A stretch of 32,000 nucleotides of DNA from Nostoc punctiforme PCC 73102 (GTDB lineage Bacteria > Cyanobacteriota > Cyanobacteriia > Cyanobacteriales > Nostocaceae), in the NCBI RefSeq assembly GCF_000020025.1, contig NC_010628.1, positions 4,170,001-4,202,000 on the forward strand, given 5' to 3'. Of this stretch, positions 27,201-32,000 are shown piece after piece. The notes beneath the pieces are model-generated. The model was not told the DNA's origin. It ran no database searches and saw nothing but the letters and a program-made list of their open reading frames with translations. The position numbers and the translations under genes were made by a program. Within the stretch, counting starts at the first letter, position 1. Each line of letters starts with the position of its first letter.

Positions 27201-27833
27201 AGTCGGGAACAGGCTCGTTGGGCGGCGCAAGGTGTACAGCCGATTCCTTTAGAGCCAGGGTTGCAGATATTAGCAAAAGTGGTTCAGCAAAATCTCGCTC
27301 AAGTCGGGGTGTTACCAGTGGACTGGTCTAAATTTACAGCCCAATTCCCCAGCGATGTCGAACTACCCTTCTTAGCAGAATTTACTAACGCAATATCAAA
27401 AGTTACACCGCAGGTAGCCGAACTCCGGCAACAACTAGAAGCAGCTGCGCCAAAACAACGCCCAATTTTATTAATGAATTATGTGCGATCGCAAATTGCC
27501 AAAGTGCTGAATTTAACATCAACAGAGGAAATTGATCCCAAAGAAGGTTTTCTGCAATTGGGTATGGACTCGTTGATGGCGGTGGAATTAAGAAACCGTC
27601 TACAAAGTAGTTTAGGCTGTTCTGTCCCAGCATCGTTGATTTTTGATTATCCCACAGTGGATGCTCTAGTAAGTTATCTCATTCAGGAATTATGGACAGA
27701 TCGACCGCCTGAACCATCAACAGAAAATTCTCCCCCACCAGCACAGGGGATAGCTGAGTCAGAACTGGAGGAATTATCGGATAGCGAAGCCGAAGCATTG
27801 TTGTTGAGCAAGTTAGACAACTTGAAATATTAA
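21201..27833 (+). CDS. Type I PKS module 2: KS-AT-DH-ER-KR-ACP (fully reducing)
   Basis: N-terminal docking helix LNSSQRILLALDEAVKKLKDVE. KS about 21315-22610: Cys 21843-21845, His 22248-22250. AT about 22923-23800: Ser 23205-23207, HAFH 23505-23516. DH about 24030-24900: HPLLGQRLP with His 24039-24041, plus YGEQFQ and LLDACFQ. ER about 25620-26590: HAAAGGVGQAAVQLA near 26070-26115. KR about 26641-27200: Tyr 27081-27083. ACP Ser is at 27570-27572. The C-terminal docking tail is LSDSEAEALLLSKLDNLKY. Confidence 0.95.
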   Translation: MNNISKKVDKDKLEQLNSSQRILLALDEAVKKLKDVERAKTEAIAIVGLSCRFPGGVTNPEEFWQLLIDGVDAITEIPSQRWHLEDYYHPNPDTPGKMYSRYGGFLQQVDQFDAQFFGISPREAIKLDPQQRLLLEVTWEALENAGIIPQEQVNGQTGVFIGITTNDYARLITPGGDLSQIDPYYLTGNPLNAVAGRLSYTLGLHGPCMAVDTACSSSLVAVHLACQSLRNQECDRALAGGVNLILSPENNIGLSKAKVLSADGRCKTFDSEADGITRGEGCGVLVLKRLSDAVADGDRILALIRGSAVNQDGASSGFTVPNRNAQENLIRQTLTRANVKPEEVDYVEAHGTGTSLGDPIEVRALAAVLGAGRTAENPLKIGAVKTNIGHLESAAGIAGMIKVILSLQHQQIPPHLHLKQLNTHINWDELPVSVTTQATPWPVGNKQRLAGVSSFGASGTNAHVILAEAPTNNSLSKPQNAKFIERPQHLLNLSAKTEKALRELVQRYINYLQSNPEKSLADICFTANTGRSHWKYRLSILADSTMSALAQLTTWALGQDLPGVVLGEAESTSKKIAFLFTGQGSQYAGMGQKLYQTQAKFRQIIDQCDQILQPYLDKPLLEVLYPQPDTNSPIDNTAYTQVALFALEYALYQLWQSWGIKPDVVMGHSVGEYVAACVAGVFSLQDGLKLIAARGQLMQALPENGAMVAVMTTAEQLQPLLAAYKEKVAIAAVNAPQSLVISGEKSAISAITSQLETAGIKTKPLQVSHAFHSPLMQPMLADFLQVASQIKFSPPQLKLISNVTGELATTEIATAEYWCRHILNPVEFAASMVTLQQQKVAICVEIGPKPILLGMGRQCNPTVEGLWLPSLRSRQDDWQVMLLSLAQLHCHGVAVDWLLFDADYSRVRLHLPTYPFQRQRFWIETVDGQRDQPALISRNGKGRKIIHPLLGQRLPLATSQSIHFESQISAASPTFLQDHCIYDATILPATAYIEMALSAGAIVFKTDRVQLEAVSIQQALVFSGDEPKTLQVVLTPENTRVYSWQVLSYLEDESNVDNWTLHASGKVGLGNAETHSAAVDLAGLLSEDSTEISVKEYYQSLHDRGFDYGEQFQAIARLWQGETQAVGSVRLPLPLTADASKYLLHPVLLDACFQILGTNFPDNGQQDVYLPVGVEQLQVYQRAGNSLWSRVEKIEFQDVKQQHLQADLSLVNDAGELVAKITGLSFRRITQKAFQRILAKVLPAPQTTDNWLYQIAWQRQNLEPASSNKQPSSWLIFADQGGLGQKLAQLLTAAGDRCIMVSAGAVYQQLQADRYQINLAHPEDFGRLIQDNPCQGIVHLWSCDATTEPQLTSCGSVLFLLQAIYNAKLPALPSLYLVTKGTQTVGGQLTPLQVQSATLWGLGRVIALEHPELHCVRLDINPDAPEDHIPSVAQELLVPSREDQIAYRQGLRYVARLVRSDVAREADVNSQAFQLQISEYGVFENLTLAAMQRRQPGPGEVEIAVRAVGLNFRDVLNALGMLREYTEQMGITDAKELPFGGECSGIVVAVGENVSHLQVGDAVIAAQTIGSFASFVIVRSEFVVRKPENLTFEEAATIPTAFLTAYYGLYQQAQLKSGERILIHAAAGGVGQAAVQLAQRVGAEVLATASPRKWEHLRATGVKQVMNSRSLEFADQIREITSGQGIDVVLNSLNGEYIPKSLEVLSDRGRFIEIGKIGIWDAEQVKDSRPDVGYIPFDLLDISLENPSLIGEMLGELMAEFQQGSLKPLPVSVFSIQDVANAFRYMAQSKHIGKVVVSIPQRQMPKETTIQADSSYLITGGLGALGLQVAQWLVEQGAQNLVLMGRRGVSPENQPAIEQLEQAGARVLVVTADVSQQEDVSQMLATLNASMPPLRGIIHAAGLLADGMLLRQTWENFELVMAPKVAGAWNLHTLTKELDLDFFVCFSSVSALLGSPGQGNYAAANAFMDALAHHRQALGLPGSSINWGPWADAGMAAALSSREQARWAAQGVQPIPLEPGLQILAKVVQQNLAQVGVLPVDWSKFTAQFPSDVELPFLAEFTNAISKVTPQVAELRQQLEAAAPKQRPILLMNYVRSQIAKVLNLTSTEEIDPKEGFLQLGMDSLMAVELRNRLQSSLGCSVPASLIFDYPTVDALVSYLIQELWTDRPPEPSTENSPPPAQGIAESELEELSDSEAEALLLSKLDNLKY
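22923..23972 (+). repeat. AT-domain repeat copy 2, near-identical to 18025-19074
   Basis: See copy 1. The paired antisense track ORFs 18255..18743 with 23285..23641, and 18770..18961 with 23668..23859, are by-products of this duplication. Confidence 0.9.
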
Positions 27834-27878
27834 CTGCATATTACACGACAAAATCACACACAATCACCAAAAACAACC

Positions 27879-30200
27879 ATGAGTTCAGAACAAGCTAATT
27901 CCCTATCTCCTATCAAACGGGCGCTGATGGCGCTAGAGAAGATGCAGGCCCAGCTTGATGCTGTAGAATATGCCAAAAAAGAACCGATCGCGATCGTGGG
28001 CATGGGTTGCCGATTCCCTGGTGGTGCTGATAACCCGGAGGCATTTTGGCAGTTGTTGCGTGATGGTGTTGATGCAATTATCGATATTCCAGGCGATCGC
28101 TGGGATACAGCAGCTTACTACGACCCCAATCCAGATACACCAGGAAAAATTTACACCCGTAAAGGAGGCTGTTTAAGCGATCGCTTGGATAGCTTTGAAC
28201 CCCAGTTTTTTGGGATTTCTGCCACAGAAGCCAAAAGCCTCGATCCCCAACAACGCTTGTTACTAGAGGTTGCTTGGGAAGCCCTGGAAAATGCCAATCA
28301 ATCACCAGAAAAGTTGTTTAACAGCCTCACAGGTGTATTTTTAGGCATCTGTAGCAATGACTATAACAACATGATTTGGCAGACTGGCGGCGCTACTCAA
28401 GTAGATGCTTTTTGTGCCACTGGCAATGCTTTAAGTGTAGCGGCTGGACGCTTATCTTATTTTTTGGGGTTAAAAGGGCCGAGTTTAGCTGTTGATACTG
28501 CTTGTTCTTCCTCATTAGTGGCACTACATTTGGCCTGTCAACATCTGCGGAATCAAGAGTGTCATCTGGCATTAGTGGGTGGAGTCCACTTACTGCTATC
28601 ACCAGAAACCAGTGTGGCTTTTGCCAGAACCAAAATGTTAGATGCTGATGGATACTGTAAAACCTTTGATGCTGACGCTAATGGCTATGTGCGTGGTGAA
28701 GGTTGTGGCGTCATCGTCCTCAAACGCTTGTCTGATGCTGTTGCTCACAAAGATAAAATTCTCGCTGTAATTCGCGGTTCCGCAGTCAACCACAATGGTC
28801 GCAGTAGTAGTTTAATTGCCCCTAACGGCCCGTCTCAGCAAGCCTTGATTCGTCAAGCCTTGGAGAATGCTAGTGTTGAACCCGCTGCTGTGAGTTACAT
28901 AGAAGTGCAAGGTACCAGCACATCCTTAGGACAACCAATTGAAGTGGAAGCGTTAGCAGCAGTATATGGCAAAAATCGCCCCCTAGACAATCCCTTGCTG
29001 ATTGGGTCGGTGAAAACTAATATTGGTCATCTGGAAGCAGCTTCCGGTATTGCAAGTTTAATGAAAATAGTACTTGCCATGCAACATGGCCAAATACCAC
29101 CCCACCTGCACTTGCATCAGCCCAATCCTTATATTGACTGGGAGAAATTACCAGTCAAAGTACCAACACAGAATATCCCTTGGGACAAAGGAGATCGGCA
29201 ACGCTTGGCTGGAATCAGTGCTTTTAGCTTTAGTGGGACTAATGCTCATATAGTGTTGGAAGAATACACAAATGCGGAAAATCCACAAGGGTTATCACGT
29301 TCTCTGCATATATTAGCCCTGTCCGCCAAGACACAAGAGTCACTAGTGCAGTTAACAGCAGCATACGAAAAGTACTTAGTTGGCAATCCAGAGTTGAATT
29401 TGGCAGATATTTGTTTTACAGCTAATACTAAGCGATCACATTTTCCCTACCGTCTAGCTGTAACTGCTGCTTCCACCTTGGAACTGGCAGGAAAACTAGG
29501 GGCTTTTAGAGACGGGAAAGCAGTAGAAGGGTTAAGTCAAGGTAAAGCCACTACTAATTTCCCAGAAGAACTACAAATACCCGATCTCAACTCCAAATCA
29601 ATAAATTGGCAAAGCATTTTGGAAAACGTTACTCAATCATATATCAAAGGTGTGACAATAGACTGGGCGGCTTTGTATCCAGATGATTTGTGCGCTCGCC
29701 TCCAATTACCAAATTATCCTTGGCAACGGCAACGCTATTGGATTGAGTCTGGAACACAGATCAATGCAGACTTGTCTATTATTGACTCGATCAAGCAGGG
29801 AAATGTGCATCAGCTAACTCAACAGTTGTCAGCAGCAGAAAACCTATCTGCCGATGAATGGGAATTATTGTCGCAACTGCTAACAAAATTAACAGATCCA
29901 TCGCCATCTATACAGCAATTGCAACGCCAATCGCTGACACTCACAGATATTCAAAACTGGCTAGTCTCGCAAATAGCCAAAGAAATGGGAGTCAAACCAG
30001 ATGATATAGAGGTTCAAGCACCTTTTGATAGTTACGGATTAGATTCCATGTTAGCAATTAGTATTGCCAATGCCGGACAAAAATATTTAGGAATCCAGGT
30101 TTCTCCATTGATGTTAGTACATTATCCGACAATTGCCGTACTTTCGCAGCACCTAGCTACAGAATTGGCAGCATCTGAAACAGAAGCTTTTGAAATTTGA
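27879..30200 (+). CDS. Degenerate PKS module 3: KS(Cys-Gln-His)-[AT-less linker remnant]-dimerization element-ACP
   Basis: N-terminal docking helix LSPIKRALMALEKMQAQLDAVE. The KS retains Cys (28503-28505, DTACSSS) and the second His (29028-29030). The EAHGTGT motif, however, reads EVQGTST, with Gln codon CAA at 28908-28910. The KS-AT linker (SLHILALSAKT...FTANTKRSHFPYRLAV) runs directly into the post-AT linker (VTIDWAALY...LPNYPWQRQRYWIE). About 20 aa replace the whole AT core. There is no KR. ACP Ser is at 30045-30047 (GLDS). Confidence 0.9.
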   Translation: MSSEQANSLSPIKRALMALEKMQAQLDAVEYAKKEPIAIVGMGCRFPGGADNPEAFWQLLRDGVDAIIDIPGDRWDTAAYYDPNPDTPGKIYTRKGGCLSDRLDSFEPQFFGISATEAKSLDPQQRLLLEVAWEALENANQSPEKLFNSLTGVFLGICSNDYNNMIWQTGGATQVDAFCATGNALSVAAGRLSYFLGLKGPSLAVDTACSSSLVALHLACQHLRNQECHLALVGGVHLLLSPETSVAFARTKMLDADGYCKTFDADANGYVRGEGCGVIVLKRLSDAVAHKDKILAVIRGSAVNHNGRSSSLIAPNGPSQQALIRQALENASVEPAAVSYIEVQGTSTSLGQPIEVEALAAVYGKNRPLDNPLLIGSVKTNIGHLEAASGIASLMKIVLAMQHGQIPPHLHLHQPNPYIDWEKLPVKVPTQNIPWDKGDRQRLAGISAFSFSGTNAHIVLEEYTNAENPQGLSRSLHILALSAKTQESLVQLTAAYEKYLVGNPELNLADICFTANTKRSHFPYRLAVTAASTLELAGKLGAFRDGKAVEGLSQGKATTNFPEELQIPDLNSKSINWQSILENVTQSYIKGVTIDWAALYPDDLCARLQLPNYPWQRQRYWIESGTQINADLSIIDSIKQGNVHQLTQQLSAAENLSADEWELLSQLLTKLTDPSPSIQQLQRQSLTLTDIQNWLVSQIAKEMGVKPDDIEVQAPFDSYGLDSMLAISIANAGQKYLGIQVSPLMLVHYPTIAVLSQHLATELAASETEAFEI
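27981..29265 (+). other. KS domain of module 3 lacking the HGTGT histidine, predicted non-elongating (KS0-like)
   Basis: Aligned with KS1 IEAHGTGTSLGDPIE and KS2 VEAHGTGTSLGDPIE, KS3 reads IEVQGTSTSLGQPIE. Confidence 0.8.
29299..29750 (+). other. KS-AT linker fused to the post-AT linker, with the AT catalytic core deleted
   Basis: The junction lies around 29545-29610 (GKATTNFPEELQIPDLNSKSINWQSILENVTQSYIKGVTIDW). The motifs GQGSQ, GHSxG and HAFH are all absent. Confidence 0.8.
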
Positions 30201-30242
30201 TTTATATTTTAAAAAATTAGATAATTAAGGATTTTAGCAATC

Positions 30243-30407
30243 ATGAATATCACTGAACTTGTAGATAACTTGACTCAAAAAGGTGTAAAATTATGGGTTG
30301 ATAATGATAAACTTCGCATTCATTCACCCAAAGGAATATTAACACCAGAAATCCAAAGCGAACTGGCAAAACGCAAAGTCGAAATTCTCAGTTTACTGCA
30401 AAGAAAA
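30243..30407 (+). other. N-terminal beta-hairpin (TubC_N-like) docking domain
   Basis: MNITELVDNLTQKGVKLWVDNDKLRIHSPKGILTPEIQSELAKRKVEILSLLQRK fits the pattern GVxLWxxxxxLRxxxPxGxLTPExxxxLxxxKxExxxLL of TubC-type docking domains. Confidence 0.75.
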
Positions 30408-32000
30408 AATAACGATTCTGAATGTCCTACAGATAATGGTCAATCCCTAAGCTTACAAACTATCGGACGTTTAATTGGCGGTTTTTCCCAAAAAACCGAT
30501 ACAGATTTTAAGCCGCCTGTTACCAACCCCGAAGTTATGGCGCAAAAGCTGAAAATTACTTTTCGACCCTTGCCCAAGGGATATCAAGAAGCAGCAATTA
30601 TTAAATTTCGAGAACAATTAACGCAGAAACTCCAAGATTGTGGCGTGCAGATTGCAGATTGGGAATCAGCCACCAAAGAAATGAACTATGAAATCACCAT
30701 TCCCCTAACTAATCTGCGAAAGACAATCAAAACTAGGGTGGTGAAAGCCGATGTTAGTGCCATTATCGATGTTGAAAGAAAACCGAATTTACTCAGTAAG
30801 CTGAAGATTTGTATTGCAGAAAATCTCTATAATTTCTATTCTCAATTTATTTGGAAACATCAAAAACAGTCTGTCTCCAAAATTGCTCAATTTATCAGTT
30901 GGGCTGAAGAGAATATTCAACCAGTAGAAGACCCTACCAATACCCAAATTATTGTATTGACAGACTTGGATGAAGAATTTGTTAGCTCCAATCTCCCCTA
31001 TCAACAAAAAATCCCTATTGGCGTAAATACTCTAGTCAGAACATTTTCTGAGATTGTCATTGGTGTGTCTTCTCATCAGATTTCTATATTAAATATGAAT
31101 CTTTCCGATTCTACATTTCCTGTGGAATCAATCGATGATTTTGTTTTGAAATCTTTAACACCGAAAATATACGTACCAATTTTACCATTGCCGTTGAGCA
31201 GATTTACCATTAGTCAATATGACCCAAATCAATCCCCCTATGCAGCCCAACTGGTAAAATTTGGTCAAGAATTAGCAGCAACAGAATTGCTGCCTTCTGG
31301 ATTCAAAATTGACGATGTAATTACCAGAAAATCCCATCGAGATATTGTAGACTGGATGGCAAATGGGAGAACAGGTGTATCTTATGGTTTTGTCGCTTAT
31401 GCAGAACCTCCACAATATGTCGGGGCTGGAGAAATCTCAGCTAGTGAATGGGAGAACTTATCACCCATCCCTGGATTTAGCAACGATGAACTGCGACTAA
31501 ATCAAATTGGTAGGAGATATTTAAAAACCAAAATTGGTAATGAATATCGATACAAACAAATACCAGATATTTGGGTTGTCAGTTCTCGTTCGGGTTCCAA
31601 AAAAACAGACCTAAATTTGGAAACCGATATTCTCAGGATTGGCTTGCAAGATAGGCTGTTGTTGCAATTACCAGAAGCAATTAACCCAAGCGCTGGGGAT
31701 ATTAAACCATCATACGACTTGTACGTGATGGTGGCGATCGCCCTCTCTGCTTCCCTATATGCGCCAGAACTCATTGAAAATGGTGCGCCAATGGTTCATT
31801 TCCACGGATACCCATCTCTTGATTGGTTTAAGTCCGAGAAAGAATATTACACAGGTGTCCACAATCCCTCAGTTCCCTGTGGAACTTATGAATCAGGAGT
31901 CTTTAACTTCCTGGGGATATACGATTTAGTTCAACAACATGGCAGTGATATTGCCTTAGCTAGTCTCATTGAACCAGATCACGGTACAAATATCATCGGC
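30243..32000 (+). CDS. Partial ORF of at least 586 aa, open to the window end: TubC-N-type docking domain followed by an unassigned region
   Basis: ATG at 30243, 42 nt after the PKS3 stop, with TAAGGA upstream. I translated all 586 codons by hand and found no stop. It is absent from the ORF track, presumably because no stop codon falls within the window. After residue 55 I recognise no ANL, condensation (HHxxxDG), TE (GxSxG), FkbH or PLP motif. Confidence 0.85.
   Translation, partial: MNITELVDNLTQKGVKLWVDNDKLRIHSPKGILTPEIQSELAKRKVEILSLLQRKNNDSECPTDNGQSLSLQTIGRLIGGFSQKTDTDFKPPVTNPEVMAQKLKITFRPLPKGYQEAAIIKFREQLTQKLQDCGVQIADWESATKEMNYEITIPLTNLRKTIKTRVVKADVSAIIDVERKPNLLSKLKICIAENLYNFYSQFIWKHQKQSVSKIAQFISWAEENIQPVEDPTNTQIIVLTDLDEEFVSSNLPYQQKIPIGVNTLVRTFSEIVIGVSSHQISILNMNLSDSTFPVESIDDFVLKSLTPKIYVPILPLPLSRFTISQYDPNQSPYAAQLVKFGQELAATELLPSGFKIDDVITRKSHRDIVDWMANGRTGVSYGFVAYAEPPQYVGAGEISASEWENLSPIPGFSNDELRLNQIGRRYLKTKIGNEYRYKQIPDIWVVSSRSGSKKTDLNLETDILRIGLQDRLLLQLPEAINPSAGDIKPSYDLYVMVAIALSASLYAPELIENGAPMVHFHGYPSLDWFKSEKEYYTGVHNPSVPCGTYESGVFNFLGIYDLVQQHGSDIALASLIEPDHGTNIIG

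Noticed and set aside
16312-28602. Antisense or off-frame track ORFs within the PKS genes (for example 16608..16793, 18255..18743, 19509..19868, 20340..20663, 21878..22129, 23285..23641, 25551..25784, 26069..26377, 28078..28305, 28393..28602)
   Set aside because: They are nested in ORFs with unambiguous PKS domain content. The pairs 18255/23285 and 18770/23668 merely mirror the duplicated AT cassette.
27879-30200. Interpreting PKS3 as a KSQ loading module or as a trans-AT module
   Set aside because: A KSQ replaces the active-site Cys with Gln. Here the Cys is intact and it is the HGTGT histidine that is lost. The module is last in the gene order, not first. No trans-AT gene or AT-docking region is visible, and the flanking modules are ordinary cis-AT.
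30789-31774. Minus-strand ORFs 30789..31007 and 31502..31774
   Set aside because: They are antisense to the 586-codon open frame starting at 30243, which has a recognisable docking domain and operon-like spacing after PKS3.

Overview
The window looks like an accessory region from a heterocystous-type (Nostocales-like) cyanobacterium. Support: many HIP1 GCGATCGC palindromes, short dispersed and heptamer repeats, and AT-rich intergenic DNA. All family calls are by eye from motifs and synteny; no BLAST or HMM search was run.

Layout:
- 1-3.9 kb: a mobile-element graveyard. A 5'-truncated ORF, possibly AIPR/abortive-infection-like, is split by a decayed IS630-family element and abuts a 3'-truncated IS66-family transposase.
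- 4.2-9.3 kb, minus strand: a giant RTX/hemolysin-type Ca-binding repeat protein.
- 9.3-10.4 kb: a long AT-rich non-coding stretch carrying repeat elements.
- 10.4-32.0 kb: a polyketide gene cluster.

Cluster order:
- a divergent stand-alone type II thioesterase
- FAAL
- an IS-transposase remnant carrying a nested MITE
- a discrete ACP
- a soluble diiron-carboxylate enzyme in the CylA/CylB/CylC position, so a putative CylC-type halogenase
- PKS1: KS-AT-KR-ACP
- PKS2: KS-AT-DH-ER-KR-ACP
- PKS3: a degenerate module whose KS has Gln in place of the HGTGT histidine and whose AT core is excised, leaving only linkers, a dimerization element and an ACP
- an ORF absent from the supplied track because it runs off the window (30243..>32000)

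That last ORF begins with a TubC-N-type beta-hairpin docking domain, followed by more than 500 aa that I cannot assign to any family. The most interesting candidate for new biology is the non-elongating KS-ACP handing a probably halogenated 5-hydroxyacyl chain to this unknown docking-domain enzyme, with no in-cis release domain.
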